Below, piece by piece: positions 30,075 through 39,802 of a DNA stretch of 64,000 bases. The stretch covers positions 448,001 through 512,000 of the forward strand of contig CAVZSV010000004.1 of the NCBI GenBank assembly GCA_963778115.1, in the 5' to 3' direction. The notes below the pieces were generated by a model. That model saw only the letters and a program-made list of their open reading frames with translations. It did no database searches and was not told the DNA's origin. Made by a program: the position numbers and the translations under genes. This DNA comes from an uncultured delta proteobacterium. Lineage in GTDB: Bacteria; Bdellovibrionota; FAC87; UBA2466. The first letter of the stretch is position 1. Every line of letters begins with the position of its first letter.

Positions 30075-31931
30075 ATTAAGAATCTCGTCTTTCTTACGCT
30101 ATGGGGAATAGCGATAGTAGCGGGCATGCGCGCTCTTGCTGAAGGCCACCAAGGGGCCCCCGAGGAAATTCCTACCCCGCCACCCGACTGTTCCTTTGAA
30201 GCCATTACCGACAGCTGCAAAATCTTCGATCCCGAAAAACCCAATAATGAGATCATCACTCTTCCCGACGGAAGCTCCATTCCTAACTATGCGGCTGTCG
30301 TGGCAAGGCCTCCAAAGAGCTTCAAGAAGCAGACCGAAGATTCGATGGATCTGGAGCGGGAATTCGACGCCAAGAAAAGAGAGCTTAAGAAAAAGCAACG
30401 CAAGATCCTCAATCGGATCTCCAAGAAAAAGATGCACCCGGATTTTAAGGAATTTCTTTTGAGCAATCTAGGTATCGATGACAATTACTTGGAAGCGCTT
30501 GGGGATATCAAACCCGAACACAAAAACACCGCCATGGAGATCCTATGGCCGCCGGATCGTCCTAATCGTAAAACTCGCCAAATGGAGATAGAAGGAGTTC
30601 AAGAACAGCTCAAGCAAATTTTGGGCCCAAAGAGAACCGAGCTTAGAGCGCTCGCCGCAGCGGAGAAGCAGCTCTACGCCTCAGAGGCCACTCCCGCAGA
30701 AGACGCCGAACAGCTTAAGATGATTAAGGAGCTAAAGACCACGACGCCCCAGAGACGTGAGAGGGCGAAGGAACTTTTTGAAATAGCCAAGGACGGAGTA
30801 AAGCAAGCTATCCTGATGGGGCGGCAGCCAGGAGCTCTTTCGGATGAGGAGAGGAGTGCTTTAATAAAAGTGGACACCGTAGGATTTACCTTGATGGAGA
30901 GTGACGACGACATGATTGGCTACTGCTCGAGCCTCGTTGCTAACGCGGAATACAACGCCGCCACTCACAGTATTAAGGTGTGTCCTAGCTTCTTCCGTTT
31001 TCCTGACGCTCAGATCGTTTCCGTCTTTGGCCATGAGATCGGCCATTCGGTGGATCCTTGTACTTCGCAATTTCCGACCTACCAGATCGATAGAAACCGT
31101 TTAGCCCAGTTCAAAGCTCCACGAGCCTTGGTGGCGGATCCCGAAATTAGCGAAAACGCGGATAGAAACTATGTGTTTACTACTTTGCAGAATATCGCGG
31201 CTCAGGGGGCGACGATGACCACGAACTCCTTTGCTGCCGAATTAGAAAATCCCGAGACTATCCATTTTTTTACCCAACCCAATGTCGGTATCTTAATTCC
31301 GGTTCCAGGAGCCGATGCTATACCCGCCCAACGTTATATCTTTTCCGATGTGGAAAATTGTCTATCTCAAAAAGAGGGGGGCGCATTTAATCGAATGTCT
31401 GACGCCGAAGCAGACCATATCGCGGAGTCCGTATCCAATTTCAAGGCCGCTAGCGGTGAAGAGCTCCCCAATTATGATCCTAAAGAAGATAGAAAAAAGA
31501 TTAGAAATGCCTTTGTGGCCTATCCCGGCTGCGTTAGCGGTGATCGAAAGGATCAGATGGGAGAAGCAATGGCCGACTGGCTGGGAGCCAAAGCGTTAAG
31601 GCACTACTTCAAACAGATGGAAGAGAAAAAAATTGTCATCGCCCCTAAAGTGGCTCAGCTTTCTAGTATCGCTTATTTCGCTAATATCATCTGCATGAAG
31701 CGCTATCAAAACTTAATAAACGGAGAAGACAATTCCCCGGCCGCTATCGTAAATAGCGCGATGAATACTCGAAATGAAATGCGCGATGAACACCCCGCCA
31801 ACAAAGCGCGCATCGAAAAGATATTTCTGCGCGAGTTAGCCCCCCTGCTAGATTGTCCTGATCTAGGACTAGCCTGCGGTCACACAGGGCAACCGGCTAA
31901 AGGGCAGCCCTCTTCGAGGAAGGATTCATGA
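30075..31931 (+). CDS. Secreted gluzincin metallopeptidase (M13-like motifs); start ATT 30075 or ATG 30126
   Basis: NAEY, HEIGH, GEAMADW and HP...RI occur in neprilysin order; the signal peptide is complete only from 30075. Confidence 0.75.
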   Translation: MKNLVFLTLWGIAIVAGMRALAEGHQGAPEEIPTPPPDCSFEAITDSCKIFDPEKPNNEIITLPDGSSIPNYAAVVARPPKSFKKQTEDSMDLEREFDAKKRELKKKQRKILNRISKKKMHPDFKEFLLSNLGIDDNYLEALGDIKPEHKNTAMEILWPPDRPNRKTRQMEIEGVQEQLKQILGPKRTELRALAAAEKQLYASEATPAEDAEQLKMIKELKTTTPQRRERAKELFEIAKDGVKQAILMGRQPGALSDEERSALIKVDTVGFTLMESDDDMIGYCSSLVANAEYNAATHSIKVCPSFFRFPDAQIVSVFGHEIGHSVDPCTSQFPTYQIDRNRLAQFKAPRALVADPEISENADRNYVFTTLQNIAAQGATMTTNSFAAELENPETIHFFTQPNVGILIPVPGADAIPAQRYIFSDVENCLSQKEGGAFNRMSDAEADHIAESVSNFKAASGEELPNYDPKEDRKKIRNAFVAYPGCVSGDRKDQMGEAMADWLGAKALRHYFKQMEEKKIVIAPKVAQLSSIAYFANIICMKRYQNLINGEDNSPAAIVNSAMNTRNEMRDEHPANKARIEKIFLRELAPLLDCPDLGLACGHTGQPAKGQPSSRKDS

Positions 31932-32368
31932 AATTACTTTTAGCACTTTGTTTTTTGGGGTTCGTGGCGACGAATGCCAATGCCGAGAAAGCTCCCGGGA
32001 CCAAGCGCACCGAAGTCACACTAGGGCATGCGGTAGCAGAGGGTTTTGCCCTTATCGAGACTCCCCAGGGAAAATCTCATGTGCTAACGATCGAAAGACT
32101 GGTAGCCGGAGAGCGCTACGAACCCGTGGTGATCTTAAATGGGCTGGCTTTCAAAAAACTACAGAGCGAGATCATCCATATTTTTGAACGGGAGAAGAAA
32201 AAACAGCGCCCGATGCCTTGTAGCGAGCCTTTCGTTCTGGTTCATCCCAATGCCTTGGGAAATTCCGAAAAGCAGGCCATCTGCTTTTCGGTCATGGCTC
32301 CCGGAGATCAAAAACTTGTGTTTGATTGGATGGAACAGGTAAAGCGGCTCATCGCAAGTATGAGATGA
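31928..32368 (+). CDS. Secreted hypothetical protein coupled to the upstream peptidase
   Basis: ATGA overlap, AAGGA SD, signal peptide ending ANA. Confidence 0.75.
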   Translation: MKLLLALCFLGFVATNANAEKAPGTKRTEVTLGHAVAEGFALIETPQGKSHVLTIERLVAGERYEPVVILNGLAFKKLQSEIIHIFEREKKKQRPMPCSEPFVLVHPNALGNSEKQAICFSVMAPGDQKLVFDWMEQVKRLIASMR

Positions 32369-32388
32369 CCCGCTTTACCCCCTCTAGC

Positions 32389-32742
32389 TTAATTGGACTG
32401 AGTGGGAGCAGTGGTCCCACTGTTTTTGTCTTCTTTTAACTGATGTTTGGCGGATTTAAGTGCTACGCGATCTTGTTTGAGCTGCACGCGATCTTCTCGG
32501 ACTTGCGAGCTGTCTTTTCCGAATTGGACGATATCACCCCGCAGCTTCTCTCTGTCGGCTTTTAGTTTCTTCCTATCCACGCGCACCGCTTGGTGATCGG
32601 CCTGAGGTGCAGTGACAGCTGTCACCACAGGCTGGCTCGCAGGAACTTGCGCCGGTGAAGTAGCTTCTTCACCCGCAAAAGCGGCAACCGCACCTAACAG
32701 ACCTAACGTCGTTACTAACGTGATTAGTTTTGCGTTCTTCAT
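32389..32742 (-). CDS. Small secreted helical protein with DR-containing heptad-like repeats
   Basis: SD AGGAGG; signal peptide ending AFA; repeats VRVDRKK/LKADREK/VREDRVQ/LKQDRVA. Confidence 0.8.
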   Translation of the reverse strand: MKNAKLITLVTTLGLLGAVAAFAGEEATSPAQVPASQPVVTAVTAPQADHQAVRVDRKKLKADREKLRGDIVQFGKDSSQVREDRVQLKQDRVALKSAKHQLKEDKNSGTTAPTQSN

Positions 32743-32787
32743 TGGATACCTCCTATGGGTTATCAAACATTCACACTGGATCGGGAT

Positions 32788-32804
32788 TGCAACCCTCAGG
32801 CCAG
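32788..32804 (-). promoter_or_regulatory. Sigma54 promoter
   Basis: Minus strand CTGGCCTGAGGGTTGCA (GG-N10-GC); upstream direct repeat AGGAGTGGG(G)CGGAAA at ~32837-32875 may be an activator site. Confidence 0.7.
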
Positions 32805-32914
32805 ATTTTGGGGATGTGAAATCAGGGGGTTAGGTTAGGAGTGGGGCGGAAATACCCAGCAGGAGTGGGCGGAAAGCCCCGATCTCTGCCTTAACTTAAA
32901 TTTAAATTTAAAAG

Positions 32915-33694
32915 CTACTTCAACTCGTTGGAAATTAACTCTCCCGCAACTACCCCATGGTAAGCGGGGTTAAACCGAACGCTTGTAGTATCAACACGGA
33001 TTCGCGTCGTGCAGTGGTCTTTGGTATCGATGTGAAAGGAGCGAGACGCTCCGGGACGGATCTCAATCTTTTCATGAACCGTGTCATAGGTTTTGTTGCG
33101 GGGCACGGCAAAGAAAACAGGAATACCACTATCCGGTAGGCAAGCCAGGCTGCGGGATACGGTGAGCGGATTTACTGTCGAGACATTTTTCTCTCCAATA
33201 TTTCGCATGACACAAAAAAATCCCGAATCATCCGATTCACACCGCAAACGAAGGGCTGCGACCGGGGTCTTTAAACTTTTCTCCCGAATGGCAATATACA
33301 GATCTTTCCACTGTTGCGAAGTGGGGCTTCCATCGTATTGCCAGTCAATTGACTGGGTTTTCGATTGTTTCAAACTAAATACCATCGACTCGGGAGGAAA
33401 CTCTTTCTCTCCGTGAACGGAAGGAGTCGTAGTTAATACTAAGGTCTTTAGTTTACCCAAAGTCCCTTCATCCAACGAAGTAGAGAATTCTCCGATCGTA
33501 TTTTCTGGCGGGGACTCGGAAAAGGGCGAAAGTGTGGTTAACGAAACAGCACCATCCTTTTGTACCACCATCGTCTCTTGGATCGTGGTAATCGGATTGG
33601 GCGCCATGATGGAGAATTCCAAAGGAAAAGAGACTTCACTCTTTCCCAAAGCAACCACGCTATAGAAAGTCAGTAGGGAAACTACTTTCCACAT
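32915..33694 (-). CDS. Secreted hypothetical protein
   Basis: Signal peptide; start overlaps the upstream gene end by 13 nt. Confidence 0.75.
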   Translation of the reverse strand: MWKVVSLLTFYSVVALGKSEVSFPLEFSIMAPNPITTIQETMVVQKDGAVSLTTLSPFSESPPENTIGEFSTSLDEGTLGKLKTLVLTTTPSVHGEKEFPPESMVFSLKQSKTQSIDWQYDGSPTSQQWKDLYIAIREKSLKTPVAALRLRCESDDSGFFCVMRNIGEKNVSTVNPLTVSRSLACLPDSGIPVFFAVPRNKTYDTVHEKIEIRPGASRSFHIDTKDHCTTRIRVDTTSVRFNPAYHGVVAGELISNELK

Positions 33695-35013
33695 AATTGT
33701 CCCAAAATAGTCTTCAGATGTCGTTCGTAAAGTTTTGGACTTCCAAACGGGTATTTCATCGCGCTATCGGCTTCATACGTCGCCGCCTCGGCTTCGCTGA
33801 CTCCCGCACCATAGCCGGGATACTCGTCGTGGTTTCCCAACATATGAAGAAATTCATGCAACCGCGTCAGCGCGCGAGTGCGATCGTCCAAGGGAATCGG
33901 AGCTTTTCCGGACGCGGGATCCCTGTAAAGGGTTCCCGTCCAGGTTTCCATGGCACTGCGCCCCCCCGCCCAAGAGGGAAGAATTCTCGCAAAAGCACGA
34001 GCCAGGCTATTAGTAGCGGCCGCATCGTGATTAAAGGTAAGATCGAGTTCGATCCCATAGTGGGAAAAAAATTCAATCATGGCGGCGCGATCAAGTTCGG
34101 CCTTCTTGATCTCCTCTCTTTTGGCCTCGGGCGATAATCCCGGGTAGCTCAGATCCACTTGCATGGTGACCTTAACTCGTCCGGTTGATTTATCGATACT
34201 CATCACGCGACCCGCCTGCGACGCAAAATGGCCATGCTTGCGATCCGCTACTCGCACATGAGGAACCGTAACCGAATAGCCGTCCGGGTGTGAGTCAACA
34301 CACGCTTTGACATAGGCCGGCATTTCGGAAGGATCGGTCGACGGAAATTCTGCGATCTTAGGACCAGGCATATCGAGTTTTCCAAGGCCCGTATAATCGC
34401 TAACACTTCTTCGGATCTTGTCTAAAGCTCCGTGGCTTGCGCCGCCACTGCTCCCCACAGCTCCTTCGGCTGGAGTGGTCTTAGCGATAAGATTTTTTTC
34501 CCATTCTTCGGGCTTTTCAAATTTCACGCGATCGATAGGAAGAGCAGGCCCTCCAAATTTTGGTTTTTGTGTGCTATCGGAAGCGGCAGGCTTACCTTCT
34601 TCCGAAGCCGATTTTCCCGTAGGTCCTGCCGAACCGGCAGGCCCTCTTTCAGGCCCAGCCCCTCCGTCATGAGAACCTTCTCCCGCTGCCTTTCTTAGCC
34701 CCGCGGGTCCTCCCGCAGCGCCTCCTGCACCGGTAGGATCTAAGAGTCCGCCATGGCTATTGCCAGAAGGATCAAAACCGGGTCCGCCAATTAATCTGGG
34801 GTCTCCCGTAATTTGAGAAAGATCCTGACCTAAAATTCCAGCATTGGGATTGATACGACTCGCATCCAAAAGATTTCTTCGATTATCATCATCATCAAGA
34901 TTAGCCTTATTTTTTGGCAAGCCCGCACCACCCCCGCCTTTTTTGCCGCAAGCCGCAAAAAGCGCAAAGGACGCGATAAAAAAGAATAGAAAAATCTTAC
35001 GACGTCTCCCCAT
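33682..35013 (-). CDS. Lipoprotein with low-complexity linker and C-terminal metzincin-like protease domain
   Basis: Lipobox FAAC; G/A/P-rich linker; HEFLHMLGNHDEY and Met-turn-like SAM. Confidence 0.78.
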   Translation of the reverse strand: MGRRRKIFLFFFIASFALFAACGKKGGGGAGLPKNKANLDDDDNRRNLLDASRINPNAGILGQDLSQITGDPRLIGGPGFDPSGNSHGGLLDPTGAGGAAGGPAGLRKAAGEGSHDGGAGPERGPAGSAGPTGKSASEEGKPAASDSTQKPKFGGPALPIDRVKFEKPEEWEKNLIAKTTPAEGAVGSSGGASHGALDKIRRSVSDYTGLGKLDMPGPKIAEFPSTDPSEMPAYVKACVDSHPDGYSVTVPHVRVADRKHGHFASQAGRVMSIDKSTGRVKVTMQVDLSYPGLSPEAKREEIKKAELDRAAMIEFFSHYGIELDLTFNHDAAATNSLARAFARILPSWAGGRSAMETWTGTLYRDPASGKAPIPLDDRTRALTRLHEFLHMLGNHDEYPGYGAGVSEAEAATYEADSAMKYPFGSPKLYERHLKTILGQLCGK

Positions 35014-35469
35014 GACGTGTTATCTCCCCCGAAATTTAGCAATTATGAAAGGACGTACCGCGACTAGCGTGTATAAAGAATGCAATCCGAAGACCAGCAA
35101 AAAACCTTATCTTTATCAGCCATAAAGCTAACTTTCGTGTCCACTTTTTAGACAGCCGCTTTGAGCTAAGACTATGCGGCGCCCTTTCTACTAAAAGTTT
35201 CGAGGGCATTATTTCAGCACCCAAGAAAAAATAACGACTACAGACACCAAGGCCGATTATCACGGCCCATGAAGGGTTGTTTTCTGTGAAGCATCCGATG
35301 GTGAAAAGCACAGAGCATGGTTAGGTTACTAGGCGTGTGAAGCCCTTCCTGACTCACTTCCTGTTTGTGATGTCTTGCTAGCCACCTCCGCTCGGTACAC
35401 CGGCCTCCCTTAGAATCGACGTGGATGGAACGTTGATTACTTTCGCTGACGTTTTTCGGGTTATTTTTT

Positions 35470-36393
35470 TTATTTCGGATCTCGGATTTCTATTGGTCGA
35501 TGCAACAGAAAGTGGGATAGCTCAGGCTCCTGACCATACTGCAATTGCTGCTCTCTTTGTGGTGAGTGCCCTTTGAGTCGACGAGAGGAGTTGCGCAACA
35601 ACAATCGCTCCATCGCAATTAAGTCCGCGAACTCTTCCGGATCGATAACTGCGTTGTTAGCTTGTTCACCATGGCCTAGACTGTCGAAGGCTCGAAAGGC
35701 TTCCGGGTGGCAGTACAGCGAAACTAATAACTCTTCGGTAAAATTGAGGTGGCCCCGAAATGGATTTCCATATGCCTTTTGGTCGTCCCCGCAGACAGAG
35801 CCGACACAGACTGTTGAATTTCGACAGGCCGTCCCTGCTTTGCAGGAGTTCACAATGATGGAAGGGGAGTCTATTGCTGAGTTGATTTTGCTAAGAAGAA
35901 GGGAGGTCTCTACCACTCGTTGAGAGATAAAATGGTCCGATTTGGGGAGGCTTGTTATCCAGTGTTCGGCAGTCCCTTCGCCATTCTCCAAGGTAGTGCC
36001 GTGCCCTTTCACGAAGACCAACGAGTATTGAGGAAGTTTCGCATCCTTCAATTGCTGTTCGATTTGATCATAAGTATTTTGATTCCCCTCCACGAGAACC
36101 ACGTCAAGGTTGCTACCACATTCGTTTTGAAATCTCGCTCGGAGGTTGACGCAGCTGTCTTCCATCTTTGGATCAATTCCCTTTCCAAAGCAGATGATGG
36201 CAACTTTATTTCCTGGGGGAATCTCACCAAGGATTCCTGAAAAACGCTGCCCGAGAGGTCGGGAATCCAAGGTGGAAAGGCTCTTTCCGAAAGATCTTCG
36301 CGGAGAACTAGTGAAGGAGGGATCTTGTCCAAACACAAAAGCGCAACAGAAAAAACCAATTGCGATAGCGATCCCGGCTGTTCCCTTGGACAT
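35470..36393 (-). CDS. Secreted protein with clan CD (caspase/legumain-like) cysteine peptidase motifs
   Basis: Signal peptide; LVFVKGHG and IIVNSCKAG, each after a hydrophobic strand. Confidence 0.6.
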   Translation of the reverse strand: MSKGTAGIAIAIGFFCCAFVFGQDPSFTSSPRRSFGKSLSTLDSRPLGQRFSGILGEIPPGNKVAIICFGKGIDPKMEDSCVNLRARFQNECGSNLDVVLVEGNQNTYDQIEQQLKDAKLPQYSLVFVKGHGTTLENGEGTAEHWITSLPKSDHFISQRVVETSLLLSKINSAIDSPSIIVNSCKAGTACRNSTVCVGSVCGDDQKAYGNPFRGHLNFTEELLVSLYCHPEAFRAFDSLGHGEQANNAVIDPEEFADLIAMERLLLRNSSRRLKGHSPQREQQLQYGQEPELSHFLLHRPIEIRDPK

Positions 36394-36422
36394 TTGCGCC
36401 TCTTCCCCCCATGGCTAACTCT

Positions 36423-36439
36423 TGCAAGGGCCACGCCAT
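36423..36439 (-). promoter_or_regulatory. Sigma54 promoter
   Basis: Minus strand ATGGCGTGGCCCTTGCA (GG-N10-GC), 30 nt upstream of the start. Confidence 0.7.
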
Positions 36440-36586
36440 TGGAGTACGCAGAGCATCGAGATGTATTCCATTGGCCTTATAGGCAGTTCCTTGACAATCC
36501 CAGCGGAAACTAGCGCTCTTACGTTGCCCTTGACTCGACCTTCCCCACTGAGCCATTGGTAATGCTCAAGGCACCAGGAGAATCCT

Positions 36587-38155
36587 TTGGTTCGATTGTT
36601 TACTTTGCTAGTCTGCTGTTTTCTTTCCTTGGGGACGTTCGGAGCAGTAGTCCCACAGGTGCTGCGTCTGGGGAATGGGGCTGAACCTAAAGATTTAGAT
36701 CCTCACAAAGTTTCTGGAGTCCCTGAAGAAAATATCATTCTTAATCTCTTTGAAGGATTGGTCGCTCGTCATCCCAAAACCCTAAAGCCTGTTCCTGGAG
36801 TGGCAAAAAAATGGAGAACTTCAGAGGATGGATTGGTATGGACGTTTGATCTTAGAAGCGATGCCAAGTGGTCAAATGGAGATCCGGTCACCGCAAACGA
36901 TTTTGTTTATTCCTGGCGCAGGTTACTTAGCCCTTCAACTGCTGCTGATCTTCCGCTGATAGGCTACTACGTTAAAAATGCTTCCGCGTACCATGCGGGA
37001 ACTATCAAAGATCCGACTCAAGTGGGTGTCGTGGCAACCTCTCCCACCCAACTCGTCGTGACTTTGGAACGCCCCACCCCTTTTTTCCCCGAAATCCTGG
37101 ATCACATGGCCCTTTATCCGGTTCATCAGAAAACGGTCGAAACCTTTGGAAACCAGTGGACTCGGCCCGAACACTTCGTTGGTAACGGTCCCTTTAAACT
37201 GGCCTCCTGGAGGGCCTATCGCAATATCGTGCTAAAGCCCAATCCCTACTACTGGGACAAAGCGCACGTGACTCTCGAAGAGGCCCAATTTTCCCCAATC
37301 GACTCCGCCGATACTCAGGAAAAGATGTTTCGTGCGGGTCAACTGGACATCACGGACGACGTTCCCGAAGAAAAGATCGAATTTTGGAAAGCAGATAAAT
37401 CAGGCGTATTCCAGACCCATTTAGGAAATGGAGTTGTCTTTTATCGAATCAACACTACTAAAACCCCCCTAGACAACAAGAATGTCCGCCTAGCGCTTGC
37501 CCTTGCCATCGATAGACAACAGTTGGTCACCCATGTCACCAAAGGCGGCCAAGAGCCGCTACGCTCCTTCACCCCTCGGGAAAGCGATTACCGACCCCCG
37601 ACGGCAGTTCCTATCGATGGCAGTGGAGTGGCCGAAGCTAAACGGCTTGTTGCGCAAGAGGGGTACGGACCCAAAAAAGCATTTCCCGCGATTGAGATCT
37701 TAGTCAGCAAAAACGATCTGCATCTTAAAATTGCCGAAGCGGTTCAACATATGTGGAAGAAGAATCTGGGAATCGAAGTCAAACTCAACATGGAAGAATG
37801 GAAAGTCTTCTTAGATTCGGTAAGAACCAAGAATTACCAGATTTGCCGGGCTAGTTGGATCATGGATTACGAAGACCCCGAAGCTTATCTAGAGAACTGG
37901 CTCTCCGACAGCCCCACCAATACGACGGGGTTTGCCTCCAAGGACTTTGACGCAACCTTCAAAGCCGCCGTGCACGAAAAGGACGAAAAAAAGCGGATGG
38001 CTTTGTTTTACAAAGCGGAGACACAATTACTTTCTGAGATGCCTTTGATTCCCCTTTTTGTAACTCAGCTCTATAATCTAAAAAAGACCAATGTCGAAGG
38101 ATGGTACCCCAACGCGCAGTTCTACCATCCCTTGAAATACATTCGAATCAAATAG
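36587..38155 (+). CDS. oppA: Oligopeptide ABC transporter substrate-binding protein (no permease nearby)
   Basis: EPKDLDP, NLFEGL, AKWSNGDPVTANDFVYSW, NGPFKL, WIMDYEDP. Confidence 0.92.
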   Translation: MVRLFTLLVCCFLSLGTFGAVVPQVLRLGNGAEPKDLDPHKVSGVPEENIILNLFEGLVARHPKTLKPVPGVAKKWRTSEDGLVWTFDLRSDAKWSNGDPVTANDFVYSWRRLLSPSTAADLPLIGYYVKNASAYHAGTIKDPTQVGVVATSPTQLVVTLERPTPFFPEILDHMALYPVHQKTVETFGNQWTRPEHFVGNGPFKLASWRAYRNIVLKPNPYYWDKAHVTLEEAQFSPIDSADTQEKMFRAGQLDITDDVPEEKIEFWKADKSGVFQTHLGNGVVFYRINTTKTPLDNKNVRLALALAIDRQQLVTHVTKGGQEPLRSFTPRESDYRPPTAVPIDGSGVAEAKRLVAQEGYGPKKAFPAIEILVSKNDLHLKIAEAVQHMWKKNLGIEVKLNMEEWKVFLDSVRTKNYQICRASWIMDYEDPEAYLENWLSDSPTNTTGFASKDFDATFKAAVHEKDEKKRMALFYKAETQLLSEMPLIPLFVTQLYNLKKTNVEGWYPNAQFYHPLKYIRIK

Positions 38156-38168
38156 CTTCGGAGCCTCA

Positions 38169-39119
38169 GTGATAAAAACTTTACTCCTTTTATTTGTGAT
38201 TACCTCCGTCGCTGTTTTGTTAATCATTCGCCTGGGACCGCGCCCGAGGTTACAGCCGATAAAATTTTCCGCCCTGCCCTTGCCTTCCGATCTCAACGAA
38301 TATCTAAGCCGTGAAGAGAGCAAAGTTCCACACCTTAGAGCCGGAACCGAAAAGAAGATCGTCTGGAACTCTGCTGACCATGCTGTCACCGATGTCTCGC
38401 TAGTCTACCTCCACGGATTCTCCGCTTCTCGGGGAGAGGTCAGTCCCGTCATGGAGACGCTGGCAAAGACCCTTCATGCGAATCTGTTTTTCACAAGACT
38501 GAGGGGACACGGTCAGGACTCACATGCTCTTGCAACGGCCACCGCCACCGAATGGCTTGAGGATGTTAATGAAGCTTGGGCTATCGGAAGTGCTATCGGC
38601 CGAAAAGTCGTTCTGGCAGGAACTTCTACGGGAGCTACCCTTGCCCTTTGGGCCGTGAGTGAAGGAGCGAAGCCCGCGGCCCTTATCTTTTTTTCTCCCA
38701 ACTTTTACCCGAAAGATAGCCGGGCCGGTTTATTACTATTACCGTTCGGCCTTTCTATCGCTAAGGCCATTACCGGTCCCACGCGAAGTTGGGAGCCTAA
38801 GAACGAACTGCAATCTCGCTCTTGGACGCACGAGTATCCCATTGAAGCTTTGCTTCCAATGATGGAACTCGTCGACTATATCGCACCGTTTAAACTTTCA
38901 GCGATAACCACACCGACACTTATCTTTACCACCGACAACGACGAGACGGTAAATGTGCCTTTGATCCGCAAGAAATTTAATGAATTAGGTTCTCCCGAGA
39001 AGAGACTTATCGAAGTTCCCAATGCCAGTGGTCACGTTCTAGCGGGAGATGCCGCAAGCCCGGCAAGTACTGCATTTGTGGAGAGCGAATGTCTGTCCTT
39101 TTTGAAGAAAGCCCTATGA
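38169..39119 (+). CDS. Membrane-anchored alpha/beta hydrolase (esterase/lysophospholipase-like)
   Basis: YLHGFS, GHG, GTSTG nucleophile elbow, DETV, HVL. Confidence 0.88.
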   Translation: MIKTLLLLFVITSVAVLLIIRLGPRPRLQPIKFSALPLPSDLNEYLSREESKVPHLRAGTEKKIVWNSADHAVTDVSLVYLHGFSASRGEVSPVMETLAKTLHANLFFTRLRGHGQDSHALATATATEWLEDVNEAWAIGSAIGRKVVLAGTSTGATLALWAVSEGAKPAALIFFSPNFYPKDSRAGLLLLPFGLSIAKAITGPTRSWEPKNELQSRSWTHEYPIEALLPMMELVDYIAPFKLSAITTPTLIFTTDNDETVNVPLIRKKFNELGSPEKRLIEVPNASGHVLAGDAASPASTAFVESECLSFLKKAL

Positions 39120-39122
39120 GAC

Positions 39123-39746
39123 TTAGTTATCTACTTTAAATGAAGCGATGCAAGAATTGACTCCCTTAAACACTCCGTCAGAGTCTTGCAAATCTCTAGA
39201 GGTAAAACCGATAGTAATATGAGGATAAAAATAGTTAGGGTCGAATCGACTCGGATCTCCTCCGTGCTGGACGTACTTAGCCGCAATTCGACGACGGATC
39301 TCTAAGAGACGATTTGCTTTGACGACGACATAATAGGTTTCCATTAACAGATGTCCGTCCCTTGCCCTCCCCCTACCGAGACATAGCGGGCTTACCTCCG
39401 CTTTCTGAATTTCCGCCTCAAGAGCAATACGATTGATCTCCTCCATGCTGAGGTAAGGCTTTAAAACATTTTCATACTCGGGAGGAGTAATGACCGTAAT
39501 ATGGGCCTCTCCCCTGTTCTTGAGAACGATTTGAAATTCGGAAACCAAAACGTCAAAGAGCTCCTTGGAAGGAGGCTGGGGAAGATTCATCGTCAGATAG
39601 GAACCGAAGGGTGCCGGATCATTGTGGGCGATGAAGACCGTTTCACTGCCCTTCAGTAGATCCGCGGACAGAGGAAAAGCGAAGTCCTTTTCTCTGGCTA
39701 AAGCTAGACTTGAGACCATTAAAACGGCTAAGTATAAAAATCGCAT
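39123..39746 (-). CDS. Secreted 2H phosphoesterase family protein
   Basis: Two HxT motifs (AHITVITPPE, PHITIGF); signal peptide. Confidence 0.8.
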   Translation of the reverse strand: MRFLYLAVLMVSSLALAREKDFAFPLSADLLKGSETVFIAHNDPAPFGSYLTMNLPQPPSKELFDVLVSEFQIVLKNRGEAHITVITPPEYENVLKPYLSMEEINRIALEAEIQKAEVSPLCLGRGRARDGHLLMETYYVVVKANRLLEIRRRIAAKYVQHGGDPSRFDPNYFYPHITIGFTSRDLQDSDGVFKGVNSCIASFKVDN

Positions 39747-39802
39747 ACCACCTCCCCAAAACGGTGACTTACCATGTTAGGGGAAGTTTGCAAATGGGGA
39801 GG

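Noticed and set aside
35036..35460. 91-aa ORF or structured RNA in this intergenic gap
   Set aside because: No SD, recognisable motif, repeat or convincing stem was found.
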